The position numbers and the translations under genes are program-made. Shown one piece after another: positions 48,246 to 58,789 of a stretch of DNA of 64,000 nt. Below the pieces are notes generated by a model. That model worked only from the letters and a program-made list of their open reading frames with translations, was not told the origin of the DNA and ran no database searches. The stretch is from an uncultured Chlamydiae bacterium. Its GTDB lineage: Bacteria; Chlamydiota; Chlamydiia; Chlamydiales; JAJFMB01. Where the stretch lies: positions 384,001 to 448,000 of the forward strand of contig CAVOJR010000001.1 in the NCBI GenBank assembly GCA_963696295.1, given 5' to 3'. Each line of letters starts with the position of its first letter. The stretch's first letter is position 1.

Positions 48246-50786
48246 ATGATGTCCGCGATGAACGAGGAAGAAAAAAAGACCACTCCGATGATGGCTCAGT
48301 GGCAGGCCTGCAAAGAGGCCGCCAAAGACTCTCTCCTGCTCTTTCGCATGGGAGACTTCTACGAGGCGTTTCACGACGACGCCTCCGTCATTGCGCGGGA
48401 ACTCGATCTCACCTTAACCAAAAGACAAGATATCCCTATGTGCGGTGTGCCCTGGCACACCAGCGATAGCTATATCGACAAACTCGTCGGCAAAGGGTAT
48501 CGCGTCGCTGTCGCCGAGCAGACCGAAGACCCGAAATTCGCGAAAGGCCTGGTGAAGCGGGGCATTGTGCGCGTCGTCACCCCGGGAACGCTGATCGACT
48601 CCAGCTTATTATCCGAAAAGCGGAATAACTTTTTTGCCTCCATTACCCGCGTGGGCTCGATTTTCGGCCTCGCCTATCTCGATCTGACGACCGCCGAATT
48701 TCGCGTCATCGAGTTTCTCGATCTGCAAGAGTTGATCAATGAGATCCACCGGCTGAAACCCGCGGAGTTTCTCACGCCGCAAAGGTTCTACAACCAGCAC
48801 CTCAAACTTTTTGAAGACCTGCGGCAAAGCTTTGACACTTTGATCAATACGCGGGACGACTGGACCTTCGAGCATCAGACGACTTACGAATTTCTCGTGC
48901 AGCACTTCAAAGTGCACAATCTCGACGGCTTCGGCCTCAAAGGGATGGTGGTCGGAGTCAACGCCGCCGGGGCCCTTCTCCACTTTCTGCAAAGCGATCT
49001 TTGCCTGCCGATCGAACATATCCAGGATATCTCCACCTACTCCACTTCGGAGTTCATGACTTTGGACCGGATGACGATGCGCAATCTGGAACTGACCGAA
49101 GCCCTGTATGACGGCGCCCGCAAAAACACCCTGCTTTATATCCTGGACCAGACGTTGACGCCGATGGGCGGAAGGTTAATCCGCAACTGGATCAAACAGC
49201 CGCTCCTTTCGGTGGAAAAGATCCAAAAAAGGCAAAACGCGATCGAGGCCCTGATTGCCAACCCCTTCTCCTTCAAAGAGCTCAGGCTGCATCTCCGCCA
49301 TATCAACGACCTGGAGCGGCTGATGATGAAAATCTCGTCGGGATACGCCTCGCCGCGCGACTTATACGCTCTTCGCCAATCCCTGGAAGCGCTCCCCCAT
49401 CTCAAAGGGGTTTTGCTTTCGATACTCTCTAAGCCCGGGCTGCTCGATGAGCAGATGCGCCAGCTGAACCCCATTCCAAGCCTCACCCAGCTGATCGCCG
49501 CCGCCATCGCCGACGATCCCCCTGTCAGGCTCAGCGACGGCCAGGTGATCCGCGACGGTTATCACAAAGAGCTCGATGAACTCCGCACTATTTGCCACGA
49601 CAGCAAAGCGTGGATGATGCGCTACCAGCAACAGGTGCGGGATGAAACCGGCATCAGAACCTTAAAAGTCGGCTATAACAAGATTTTCGGCTACTACATC
49701 GAAGTGAGCATCGGACAGGCTCATTTGATGCCGAATTCCTTCCACCGCAAGCAGACGCTGGTTAACGCCGAGCGTTTCATCTCTCAAGAATTAAAGGACT
49801 TTGAACATAAAGTCCTTACCGCCGAAGATAAAATTGCGGCCATCGAAAGCGAGCTGTTTACCCTGGTGAGAAAAGAGGTCGCCGGATTTGCCAAGGCAGT
49901 GATGCAAATGGCGCAAGGAATCGCCTGCATTGATGTGATCCAGTCCCTCGCCACAGCCGCCAAGGAAAATCATTATATCAAACCAGTTATCAACGACGGT
50001 GACACCATTTCCATAAAAGAGGGCAGGCATCCGGTGGTGGAAGTTGTCAATAACGCCGAACCGTTCGTCCCCAACGACACTTTCCTGGACGCTGAAACTC
50101 AGCGCATGATGCTGATCACCGGGCCCAATATGGCGGGCAAGTCGACCTATATCCGGCAAGTGGCCATGCTGGCCATCATGGCGCAAATCGGCTCCTATAT
50201 TCCGGCAAAAGAAGCGACGATCGGCCTGGTCGACAAAGTCTTCACCCGCATCGGCGCTAGCGACGACCTCGCGCGCGGCCATTCCACCTTCATGGTGGAA
50301 ATGACCGAAACGGCTAATATTTTACACAACGCCACCTCCCGCTCTCTGGTCATTCTCGACGAAATTGGAAGAGGAACGAGCACTTACGACGGCATTTCGA
50401 TCGCCTGGGCTGTGGCAGAGTATTTGCTGCTGACCGAAGGGAAACAGGCAAAGACTCTCTTTGCCACTCACTACTTCGAACTCACCAAATTAGAAACGAT
50501 CGCTCCCGGCGCTGTCAATTACCATGTCGCCGTGCATGAAGCGAATGACCATATCCAATTTTTGCGTAAAATCGTCAAGGGAGACACCGACAAAAGCTAC
50601 GGAGTCCACGTGGGACGCCTGGCCGGCCTGCCGGGAACGGTGATTTCGCGGGCCAAAGAGATCCTGCTCCATCTGGAAGAAAATGGCAGCCGGGTCAACG
50701 CCTTTGAGCCTTCAAAACCAAAAAAACGGGTCAAACAGCAAGCCCCGTACGAGCCTCCGCAACAAATTCAATTGACATTGTTTTAA
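48246..50786 (+). CDS. mutS: DNA mismatch repair protein MutS
   Basis: TPMMAQ, FRMGDFYE, TGPNMAGKST, STFMVEM, DEIGRGTST. Confidence 0.98.
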   Translation: MMSAMNEEEKKTTPMMAQWQACKEAAKDSLLLFRMGDFYEAFHDDASVIARELDLTLTKRQDIPMCGVPWHTSDSYIDKLVGKGYRVAVAEQTEDPKFAKGLVKRGIVRVVTPGTLIDSSLLSEKRNNFFASITRVGSIFGLAYLDLTTAEFRVIEFLDLQELINEIHRLKPAEFLTPQRFYNQHLKLFEDLRQSFDTLINTRDDWTFEHQTTYEFLVQHFKVHNLDGFGLKGMVVGVNAAGALLHFLQSDLCLPIEHIQDISTYSTSEFMTLDRMTMRNLELTEALYDGARKNTLLYILDQTLTPMGGRLIRNWIKQPLLSVEKIQKRQNAIEALIANPFSFKELRLHLRHINDLERLMMKISSGYASPRDLYALRQSLEALPHLKGVLLSILSKPGLLDEQMRQLNPIPSLTQLIAAAIADDPPVRLSDGQVIRDGYHKELDELRTICHDSKAWMMRYQQQVRDETGIRTLKVGYNKIFGYYIEVSIGQAHLMPNSFHRKQTLVNAERFISQELKDFEHKVLTAEDKIAAIESELFTLVRKEVAGFAKAVMQMAQGIACIDVIQSLATAAKENHYIKPVINDGDTISIKEGRHPVVEVVNNAEPFVPNDTFLDAETQRMMLITGPNMAGKSTYIRQVAMLAIMAQIGSYIPAKEATIGLVDKVFTRIGASDDLARGHSTFMVEMTETANILHNATSRSLVILDEIGRGTSTYDGISIAWAVAEYLLLTEGKQAKTLFATHYFELTKLETIAPGAVNYHVAVHEANDHIQFLRKIVKGDTDKSYGVHVGRLAGLPGTVISRAKEILLHLEENGSRVNAFEPSKPKKRVKQQAPYEPPQQIQLTLF

Positions 50787-51031
50787 ACGAATTGCATTGC
50801 TATTCAGTCACATGCAATGTAAATTAAAATTTTATTTTATTTTTTTCCCTTTAAAGTGTATCAATAAAAACAGCTGCGAATCCTAACCCTTAGGATTTGT
50901 TTGCTAATTGAATACTCATATAGTTAATCTTAAATAGAGGAATGAAAATGACCTGTTTGTTAAATGGCATTAATATGTTTGGGGGAACAGAGCCATTTAT
51001 ATTTAATATAAGTTTGACAGAGGAGGGGGAT

Positions 51032-51133
51032 ATGTCAACAAAAAAAACACAACAACAAAAAAAAACGCGCAGTGCGACTACCCGTAGAAAAGCACTCGTC
51101 AGGACGGAGGCTTCAACACCAGCTTCTCAATAA
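51032..51133 (+). CDS. Possible small basic peptide (33 aa)
   Basis: Strong GAGGAGG RBS; MSTKKTQQQKKTRSATTRRKALVRTEASTPASQ; hairpin follows. Confidence 0.4.
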   Translation: MSTKKTQQQKKTRSATTRRKALVRTEASTPASQ

Positions 51134-51316
51134 GTGTCGGTGGGCCTGTGGGAGGGGGGCAATAAGCCCTCCGCTTCCTACTAAAATTTTTATTTCACTA
51201 ATTAATCCATTTTGTTACTTTTAAACTTTACTCGACTTTAAACTGGAATTTATGCCATTCTTGTTTCCTTCGAGTTTTTTGAGAGTGTGATGTGAATCAA
51301 TTGTGGAACTTAGAAG

Positions 51317-51976
51317 ATGCTTAGACCAAAGGGGTATTTCAAAGCCTTTCATCAAGATACTCCCTTGCTATTCCAGTTCATTTACACGGAATATTTATCC
51401 ACCCAGCGCGAATTGCTCTCCCTCATCAACCTCATCCAGCGCGCTAAGAAAAAAGCTTCTATCGAAGTCGTCTCCGCCGCTTTGATCCGGTTAACCGGCG
51501 CCGCCAACGATTATATGCGCCTGTTCAACTGGAATCACAACGACGGAATCTTGACCAAATTGAAAAATAACTGCATCCATTTTGTCCAAAATTCCCCCAT
51601 TCCGGGAATAGACATCTCATTGCTGCACGTTTACACCGACCAGGCGTGGCTCTTAACGGCGAAGTGTCTGCATGGCGTGCAACAAGGCGCTATCGAAGGG
51701 AAGCTATTACAGCAATCCTATGATACGCTCCTCTTGCTGGGTGAAATACTCAGACAGATGATCGCTCATTTTAAAGAGGATGAAAATGTCATTTTTTTCC
51801 TCTTGCGCCACAAAGAACCGCTCGACTCGCTTTATCAAGAGCCCTTCGTGCGAAATTGTTTTGAAAAAATCTATCCCGAAGGGTTACGCTCAGTTTCTCA
51901 ATTCCTCATTGCCCGTTATACGGAAAGAGGCTTTGTGCATTTAATCCCTATCATAGAAAAATTATGCCGCACATAG
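51317..51976 (+). CDS. Hypothetical protein
   Basis: 219-aa ORF at the head of the priA run, overlapping the next gene. Confidence 0.7.
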   Translation: MLRPKGYFKAFHQDTPLLFQFIYTEYLSTQRELLSLINLIQRAKKKASIEVVSAALIRLTGAANDYMRLFNWNHNDGILTKLKNNCIHFVQNSPIPGIDISLLHVYTDQAWLLTAKCLHGVQQGAIEGKLLQQSYDTLLLLGEILRQMIAHFKEDENVIFFLLRHKEPLDSLYQEPFVRNCFEKIYPEGLRSVSQFLIARYTERGFVHLIPIIEKLCRT

Positions 51977-52755
51977 ATGAACTGAAAGAGTTGATTTCGT
52001 TGACGAAACTCTTTCTCCTCTCAGAATATTCTCCCAAGGAATGGAAATTTTGCGACGAAGCGTCGTACCGCTTTTTTAAAGAGCGGGCGCAAAAACTTCC
52101 CCTTCCGGAAAAAGCTCCGGCCCCGGCTCCAAAAATCGAAGCCGCTCAGGAACCGCCAAAAATCGCAATCCCTCCAAAGGAAGCGCCAAAAGCCATCACC
52201 CCTCCAAAGGAAGCCCCAAAAAAAGAAGAAGCGGCGGTCATTAATCTGGAACCGGTGCGGCAAACCGACGCGAGCGACTTTAGCGACATCAAAAAGATAT
52301 TGCAAGCGCGTTTTCCCGCTTTGACTCTGCTGCCCGCGCCGCCGGATGACAGCGAAGCGAAAAAAGAAAGCAAAGCCGCTTTTGGCGAAATCGTGATCCT
52401 CTCTTTTGAGCGGCAGACCTCTCCTTTCATAAAAAACCTCGCCTGCGCGATTCAACAGGAGATCGCCCCCTGCACCATCGTTTCCGCGGCGCGCCTGGAG
52501 AGTGAAAAAGAGTGGGAAAACCTCTTGCGGCAGGAGCAGCTGAAACTGATTCTCTCTACCGACTACGGGCTGTTTTCCCTGCCCGGCGCGATGCCCTACT
52601 TCCGGGAAATCCCCAAACAGGCAAAATCATTTTTGGGCAACGTTCCGCTGCTGCTTCTCACTGATCTCTCCCTCTATCTTAAAGAGCCCAAATTGAAACC
52701 GACCCTTTGGCGCGCGATTTGTCAGATGTTAAGCTCCGGGATGAAACGATCGTAA
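51964..52755 (+). CDS. Hypothetical protein upstream of priA with Pro/Lys-rich linker
   Basis: PPKEAPK repeated twice; C-terminal KPTLWRAI; coupled to its neighbours. Confidence 0.75.
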   Translation: MPHIDELKELISLTKLFLLSEYSPKEWKFCDEASYRFFKERAQKLPLPEKAPAPAPKIEAAQEPPKIAIPPKEAPKAITPPKEAPKKEEAAVINLEPVRQTDASDFSDIKKILQARFPALTLLPAPPDDSEAKKESKAAFGEIVILSFERQTSPFIKNLACAIQQEIAPCTIVSAARLESEKEWENLLRQEQLKLILSTDYGLFSLPGAMPYFREIPKQAKSFLGNVPLLLLTDLSLYLKEPKLKPTLWRAICQMLSSGMKRS

Positions 52756-52757
52756 GA

Positions 52758-54992
52758 ATGAAAGAATATCCCCTATACGCCTCCGTCATCACCGATCTTG
52801 CGATTCACAAGCCGCTCGATTACGGCATCCCCGCCCACCTCGTCGACGGCATTCAGAAGGGGGTCCTCGTAGAAGCCCCCATCAAGGGTTTTTTAAGGAA
52901 AGGCTATATCTATGAGGTGAAGGAAAAACCCGATTTCCAGCCGGTCCTTCCCATCGCCAAAGTCCTGACCGATAATCCTCTGATCCCGGCCGATCTTTTC
53001 GAACTGGCTGTCTGGATGAGCGGCTACTACTGCTGCCCTTTAAGCCAGGTGCTCAAAATAATGCTGCCCCCAAGCGTCAGAAAAAATGAGCGGCCTAAAG
53101 AGCAGAAGATGGTGCTGCGGCTGAAAACCAAAGAGGAGCTGAAAGAGGCGGCCATCGGCCTCAGAAACAAAGCGACAAAACAGGCCGAAGTGCTCGATGT
53201 GATGCTGCAGGTGACGAAAGGGATCTTCTTTACCGAGCTGATAGAAAAAGTCCCCGGCGCCGAAAAAGCTATCGAGGCCCTCTGCAAAAAAGGATACCTC
53301 GCAATCGAAAGAGTCCATGTCGACCGCTCGCCCCTCGCTAATGCCGAGTATTTCAAAACAAGCAAAAAAAATTTAAGCGAGGAGCAATCGTCCGCTTTCG
53401 CCAAAATATGCGCCACCATCGAAGAGGCGCGGTTTTGCACCCATCTGCTGCATGGGGTGACCGGCAGCGGCAAAACGGAAGTCTACCTGCAGGCGATCGA
53501 TTACGCTTTGCAAAAGGGTAAAAGCGCGATCATGCTCGTCCCCGAAATTTCCCTCACCGGGCAAACCATCGAGAGGTTCCGCTCCCGCTTTGAAGGGCAC
53601 ATCGCCATCCTCCACCACCGCTTGAGCCATGGAGAGCGCCTTGACGAATGGAAAAGGGTAAAGATGGGAAGAGCCAGGATTGTGATCGGCGCGAGATCCG
53701 CCGTCTTCAGCCCGGCCAAGGACCTGGGGCTCATCATTGTCGACGAAGAGCATGAATCCTCCTACAAACAAAATGAGGAAACGCCCTGCTATCATGCGCG
53801 GGATATCGCCGTTATGCGCGCGCATTTCGCCAAGGCCGCTGTGGTTTTAGGCAGTGCGACGCCGAGCATCGAAAGCTACTACAACGCCCAAATCGGAAAA
53901 TACACCCTCTCCACGCTCACCTGCCGGGCTGACAGCGCCAAAATCCCGAAAGTGAAAATTGTAGACATGAAGCAGGAATTTGAGCGGCAGCAGGGCTACA
54001 CCAATTTTTCCGAACCCCTTATTGAAGGAATTAAAAAGCGGCTCGAAGCCGGTGAGCAAACCATCCTTTTCCTCAACCGCCGCGGCTACCACACGACGCT
54101 CTTTTGCCCCTCCTGCAGCCAGGCGGTCCAGTGCCCCCACTGCGACCTCGCTCTTACCTTCCACCTCAACGCCAAAACTCTGTCCTGCCACATGTGCGGC
54201 TTTGCCATCTCCCCGCCCCCCTTGCACTGCCCCCATTGCAAAACGGGCGTGCCGATGAAATTCCGCGGCGTGGGAACCGAGCAGATCGAAAGGGCGCTGC
54301 ACGCCATCTTCCCCGAAGTCCGCACGATCCGCCTCGACGCCGACACGACCCGCCACAAAGGAAGCCACGAGAAGCTGCTCCGGCAGTTTGGCACCGGCAA
54401 AGCCGATGTGCTGATCGGCACGCAGATGGTGGCAAAGGGACTGCACTTTTCCGAAGTCACGCTAGTCGGCGTCATCAACAGCGACGCCGGCCTCTATTTC
54501 CCCGATTTTCGCGCCTCGGAATCGGTCTTTCAGCTGATTACCCAGGTGGCCGGCCGGGCAGGGAGAGGCGCGCTGCCGGGCGAGGTGGTCATCCAAACCT
54601 TTATGCCGGACAACCGGATCATCCAGCTCGCCGCCGCCCAAGATTTCAATACCTTTTACAAGGAAGAGATCGAAACCCGGAAACTCTTTCACTACCCCCC
54701 TTTCACTAAAATGGTGAAGATCACCTTTTCTGGCAAAGAGAGCGCCCTCACCAGCACAGTCGCAAACCAGGTGCAGATTTACTTAAGCCAGACCCTCCCC
54801 GCCCACTTTGCGGTGCATCCCATCATTCCTTCGGGGTATGCCAAGCTGAAAGACTTCTTCCGCTTTCAGTGCCTGATAAGGGGGCCTTCGGTCATCCCGA
54901 TCAATAAAGCGCTTGGATCGGTCAGGGAAAAGCTCAACATCCCAAGCAAAATAAAAATATTAATAGATGTGAACCCAACCTCGACGTTCTAG
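52758..54992 (+). CDS. priA: Primosomal protein N'
   Basis: GVTGSGKTEVY, DEEH, SATPS, four CxxC pairs, QVAGRAGR. Confidence 0.97.
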   Translation: MKEYPLYASVITDLAIHKPLDYGIPAHLVDGIQKGVLVEAPIKGFLRKGYIYEVKEKPDFQPVLPIAKVLTDNPLIPADLFELAVWMSGYYCCPLSQVLKIMLPPSVRKNERPKEQKMVLRLKTKEELKEAAIGLRNKATKQAEVLDVMLQVTKGIFFTELIEKVPGAEKAIEALCKKGYLAIERVHVDRSPLANAEYFKTSKKNLSEEQSSAFAKICATIEEARFCTHLLHGVTGSGKTEVYLQAIDYALQKGKSAIMLVPEISLTGQTIERFRSRFEGHIAILHHRLSHGERLDEWKRVKMGRARIVIGARSAVFSPAKDLGLIIVDEEHESSYKQNEETPCYHARDIAVMRAHFAKAAVVLGSATPSIESYYNAQIGKYTLSTLTCRADSAKIPKVKIVDMKQEFERQQGYTNFSEPLIEGIKKRLEAGEQTILFLNRRGYHTTLFCPSCSQAVQCPHCDLALTFHLNAKTLSCHMCGFAISPPPLHCPHCKTGVPMKFRGVGTEQIERALHAIFPEVRTIRLDADTTRHKGSHEKLLRQFGTGKADVLIGTQMVAKGLHFSEVTLVGVINSDAGLYFPDFRASESVFQLITQVAGRAGRGALPGEVVIQTFMPDNRIIQLAAAQDFNTFYKEEIETRKLFHYPPFTKMVKITFSGKESALTSTVANQVQIYLSQTLPAHFAVHPIIPSGYAKLKDFFRFQCLIRGPSVIPINKALGSVREKLNIPSKIKILIDVNPTSTF

Positions 54993-55032
54993 AACATTTA
55001 CAAAAAAAATCCCCTCTGCTACCATGTCGCAT

Positions 55033-55194
55033 ATGTTTAAATGGGTCGATCAATTTACCGAAGCTAAGTTTCAAACAAAATTTTTTATTTTTACCGCCAT
55101 CTTGTTTGGTCTGCTGATTATCGGTTCCATGTTATATTGCTATACCCGAGTAGAAATCATTCACAACCAGAAAATATATGATTCAAAAGCCTGA
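55033..55194 (+). CDS. Small single-pass membrane protein (53 aa), below the ORF-track cutoff
   Basis: MFKWVDQFTEAKFQTKFFIFTAILFGLLIIGSMLYCYTRVEIIHNQKIYDSKA*; fills the priA-lysS gap. Confidence 0.55.
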   Translation: MFKWVDQFTEAKFQTKFFIFTAILFGLLIIGSMLYCYTRVEIIHNQKIYDSKA

Positions 55195-56761
55195 TTATCA
55201 CAGCCACGAAGAGTTTCAAAACCGCTCGCGCAAACTCGCTGAAGTACGAGCCAGCGGCATCGACCCCTACCCCCACCGCTTTGAACCGAGCGAAACAGCC
55301 AAGGATCTGCACCAGAAATTTCACGAGGTGGAGATCGGACACAGCGACGACGCCATCGCCGGCAACACCCAGCCCGTCTGCGTGGCCGGACGCCTGGTGC
55401 TCTTCCGAGCTATGGGAAAAAACGCTTTCGCCCATATCCAGGATAACACCGACCGCATTCAAGTGATGTTCAACCGCGATGAGACCGAAATGGTCGGCCT
55501 GAACGATCCCGAGACAAACGCGCTCAAATTCCTCGAGAAAAAAGTCGATCTGGGAGACATTTTAGGTATTGAAGGCTATCTCTTCCGCACGCAGAAAGGG
55601 GAACTCACCATTTTCGCCAAAAGGGTCACCCTTCTTTGCAAAACGCTTTTACCTCTCGCTGACAAACACGCCGGCCTTACCGACAAAGAGCTCCGCTACC
55701 GCAAACGGTGGCTCGACCTGATCTCCAACCAGGAGACCAAAGAGCTGTTCCGCAACAGAAGCCGGTTGATCAAAATTTTGCGCGATTTCTGCCATGAACA
55801 AGACTTTCTGGAAGTGGAAACACCTGTTTTGCAAAGCATCTACGGAGGCGCTGAAGCCCGCCCCTTTATCACCAAATTAAACGCCTTAAATCAAGAGATG
55901 TTCCTGCGCATTTCTCTCGAAATCCCCCTGAAAAAATTGATTGTCGGCGGAATGAACCGCGTGTTCGAACTGGGCCGCGTTTTCCGCAATGAAGGGATCG
56001 ACCGCAACCACAACCCCGAATTTACCCTCTTTGAAGCCTACGCCTCCTATTGGGATTACAACGATATGATGCGCTTTGTGGAAAACCTGGTCGAGAGGAT
56101 GGCCATCGAAATGCACGGCACGACGCTGATTAAAGGGACCTCCCCAAAAACGGGTGAAAGGGTCACTGTCGACGTGAAGGCCCCCTGGAAAAGAATGACG
56201 ATGAAAGACGCCATCCATACCTATGGCCACCTCAATGTCGATGAGCTCTCCGACGAAAAATTGCGCGAGATTTTGGAAAAAAGCGGAGACGTGGAACCGA
56301 AGAAGCTCGCCCACCTGAACCGGGGTCTGATGATTGCCGCTCTCTTTGAAGTCGTTGCCGAACCCCACCTCATCCAGCCTCATCACATCATCGATCACCC
56401 GATCGAAACGACTCCCCTTTGCAAACTGCACCGCGACCCGAAAGCGCGGCAAGAGCGCCTCGTGGAGCGGTTCGAGAGTTTTGTCTTGTGCGGCGAACTT
56501 TCCAACGCCTATTCCGAGTTAAACGATCCGGTCCTGCAGCGGGAATTGCTCGAAGAGCAAGCCAAGCGGCGCGACGCCGGCGATGAAGAGGCGAGCCCGC
56601 TGGATGAAGAGTTTATCGAGGCGATCTGCCAGGGTATGCCCCCTACGGGCGGTCTTGGCATCGGCATCGATCGTCTGATAATGCTAATCACCGAAACGCA
56701 TTCGATCCGCGACGTTCTTTATTTCCCCTGGATGAAGCCATCCCATATGGAAGAAGAATAA
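55178..56761 (+). CDS. lysS: Lysine--tRNA ligase, class II
   Basis: YGGAEARPF, FRNEGID, HNPEFT, GMPPTGGLGIGIDRL. Confidence 0.98.
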   Translation: MIQKPDYHSHEEFQNRSRKLAEVRASGIDPYPHRFEPSETAKDLHQKFHEVEIGHSDDAIAGNTQPVCVAGRLVLFRAMGKNAFAHIQDNTDRIQVMFNRDETEMVGLNDPETNALKFLEKKVDLGDILGIEGYLFRTQKGELTIFAKRVTLLCKTLLPLADKHAGLTDKELRYRKRWLDLISNQETKELFRNRSRLIKILRDFCHEQDFLEVETPVLQSIYGGAEARPFITKLNALNQEMFLRISLEIPLKKLIVGGMNRVFELGRVFRNEGIDRNHNPEFTLFEAYASYWDYNDMMRFVENLVERMAIEMHGTTLIKGTSPKTGERVTVDVKAPWKRMTMKDAIHTYGHLNVDELSDEKLREILEKSGDVEPKKLAHLNRGLMIAALFEVVAEPHLIQPHHIIDHPIETTPLCKLHRDPKARQERLVERFESFVLCGELSNAYSELNDPVLQRELLEEQAKRRDAGDEEASPLDEEFIEAICQGMPPTGGLGIGIDRLIMLITETHSIRDVLYFPWMKPSHMEEE

Positions 56762-56832
56762 ATATAGGACATGAGCGGCCAAAGGCAATTTTATTTTTCC
56801 GCTCACCTTCAATGTTGAATTTCTGATTGCTC

Positions 56833-57069
56833 TCAAGTAGTAAATTTAACACCGGGAACTTTATACTCAGGAACACAATAGGTAACGCCGTCCAAAGTCA
56901 CGATACGTGACGACATGGGTGTGGCGTTTATTTGGATGTTCTTAAAAATATCTCTTACGTCAAGAGTATTTCCTATCAAAGGGATTTGTGATCCCATTGT
57001 ATGATGGTGTGTTTCCACTGTAATAATAGAGCTTGTTGATGGATTTACATTATTTACATTTGCTGTCAT
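56833..57069 (-). CDS. Small hypothetical protein, AT-rich
   Basis: 78 aa with AGGTG RBS; Asn/Ser/Thr-rich N-terminus. Confidence 0.5.
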   Translation of the reverse strand: MTANVNNVNPSTSSIITVETHHHTMGSQIPLIGNTLDVRDIFKNIQINATPMSSRIVTLDGVTYCVPEYKVPGVKFTT

Positions 57070-57224
57070 AATTTCACCTAAGTTATTTTTACAACTTAAT
57101 CATAAATAAATTAACAATAAAAATCAATAAAATTAATCTTAACAAAATATTAATATAATATTAATAATAAACACATACGCTTGGATGAAAATTTTGAGCC
57201 AGAAGCTTGTAAAATAATAGGCTC

Positions 57225-57431
57225 TCAACCTGCGCGCTTCCTCAGCGTCAAGCCCTCAAGCCTTGTGAGAAGCTTGTCATTCACTTCGCCCCTTTTCCAA
57301 AGTTCCAGCAATAGCTGCCGCTCCGCTTGCAATACTTTAGTCCTTGCAAGCTCAAGCCAGGGACTGGGGCGGCTTTTTAGAGGATTCTTGCTTGTCCGGA
57401 TTATGAAGATGACAAGCACTTGGGTCGCCAA
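57225..57431 (-). pseudogene. C-terminal fragment resembling a CPA1 Na+/H+ antiporter tail
   Basis: ARTKVLQAERQLLLELWKRGEVNDKLLTRLE. Confidence 0.45.
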
Positions 57432-57514
57432 AGACTCGATGAACCAGCTAGTATGAAAAAGAGACTCTCCTGCTTATGATTTTAGTACATCTAAACCAAT
57501 ATAATGATATTTGA

Positions 57515-57543
57515 TTGACACACCCCAGCATTTATTATATTAT
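57515..57543 (+). promoter_or_regulatory. Promoter of the desaturase-HTTM operon
   Basis: TTGACA-N17-TATTAT. Confidence 0.6.
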
Positions 57544-57556
57544 TTCCATTAAAAAA

Positions 57557-58789
57557 ATGGTTGATATAATGCTATTTCCTATAGTTATTATTTTAATTGC
57601 GCTTATTATGATCTGCTTTGAAAAAAGCAGGCCGGGCAGAAGCTGGCCTCAAGTGAGCCTCTGGTGGCTGCGCGCCGGCTTTTTGAATGGCCTCCAAGCG
57701 GGAACTGTCTTCCTGGCGGGTTTGAGCTGGGATCGCTGGATGATAGAGCGGCATCACGGCGCCCTTGCCGGCCTAAGCAGTTTCTGGGGCGGAATCGCCG
57801 GCTACCTCGTTATCACCTTTGTGTTCTATTGGTGGCACCGCTTAAGGCACTCCAGCGATTTTCTCTGGAGATGGTTTCACCAAATGCACCACAGCCCCCA
57901 GAGGCTGGAAATTATCACCGCCTTTTACAAGCACCCTTTTGAACTTGTTGCCGACAGCATTCTCTGCAGCGCTATCCTTTATATCGGCTTAGGATTGTCC
58001 CCGGCTGCTGCCGCTAATGCCGTTTTACTCTCCGGACTGGCAGAGCTTTTTTATCACTGGAACATCAAAACCCCTTATTGGCTGGGCTTTATTTTCCAAA
58101 GGCCTGAAAGCCACTGCGTCCATCACCAGGATGGAGTGCACGCCTATAATTATGCCGATCTCCCCCTTTGGGATATGCTTTTCGGCACCTTCAGAAACCC
58201 CAGGCAATGGAATGAAAAATGCGGTTTGGGAGAAAATGAACATCGCTTCGCAGAAATATTAGCGGGCCGCGATGTCACCAAAAGGAAGAAACAAAACCCC
58301 GCACAAGTTTTTATTTCCGCATTCCTGGTTATCTTCGCCCTGCTTCAGATGACGGGGGATCTGTGCCAGCAAAACTGGATGAAAGCCATAGGCGCTGCGT
58401 GGGGAGCATCCCCCGCCCCGAAAGTATTTTCATCCGCCGAAGGGCTGGAAACATTTTCTTCTCAATTTTTCTTGATCTGGGAAGATCAAAACGGTGTGAC
58501 ACAGCGCACGCCATTGACCCCGAAGCTCGCTAAACGAATGAAAGGGCCTTATAACCGCCGCAATGTGTACGGGGCCATTTTATCGTACGGACCCCTGCTG
58601 GCCAAAAATGAAGCGCTGCGGGACGCCTATGAGTCCATCTTGAATTATGCCATCTGTCGAAATGGGCCCCTTTTAAAAGAATTGGGAATAAATGCCGAGG
58701 CGCTATCAAAAGGGATCATCATCGAAGTGGCCCCTAGAATGGGCAACGACTATTCTCATTTGGAATTATTCAAAGAAGTAACGCTATGA
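57557..58789 (+). CDS. Sterol desaturase / fatty-acid hydroxylase fused to an unknown C-terminal domain
   Basis: His boxes HRLRH, HQMHH, HCVHH; second domain ASPAPKVF...GPYNRRNVYGA. Confidence 0.85.
   Translation: MVDIMLFPIVIILIALIMICFEKSRPGRSWPQVSLWWLRAGFLNGLQAGTVFLAGLSWDRWMIERHHGALAGLSSFWGGIAGYLVITFVFYWWHRLRHSSDFLWRWFHQMHHSPQRLEIITAFYKHPFELVADSILCSAILYIGLGLSPAAAANAVLLSGLAELFYHWNIKTPYWLGFIFQRPESHCVHHQDGVHAYNYADLPLWDMLFGTFRNPRQWNEKCGLGENEHRFAEILAGRDVTKRKKQNPAQVFISAFLVIFALLQMTGDLCQQNWMKAIGAAWGASPAPKVFSSAEGLETFSSQFFLIWEDQNGVTQRTPLTPKLAKRMKGPYNRRNVYGAILSYGPLLAKNEALRDAYESILNYAICRNGPLLKELGINAEALSKGIIIEVAPRMGNDYSHLELFKEVTL

Noticed and set aside
52165..52222. Short direct repeat CCTCCAAAGGAAGC
   Set aside because: It is an in-frame linker duplication (PPKEAPK twice), not a separate element.
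53027..54709. Numerous alternative-frame and antisense ORFs within priA, and likewise in mutS, lysS and the aro genes
   Set aside because: Shadow ORFs of GC-richer coding sequence, with no motifs.
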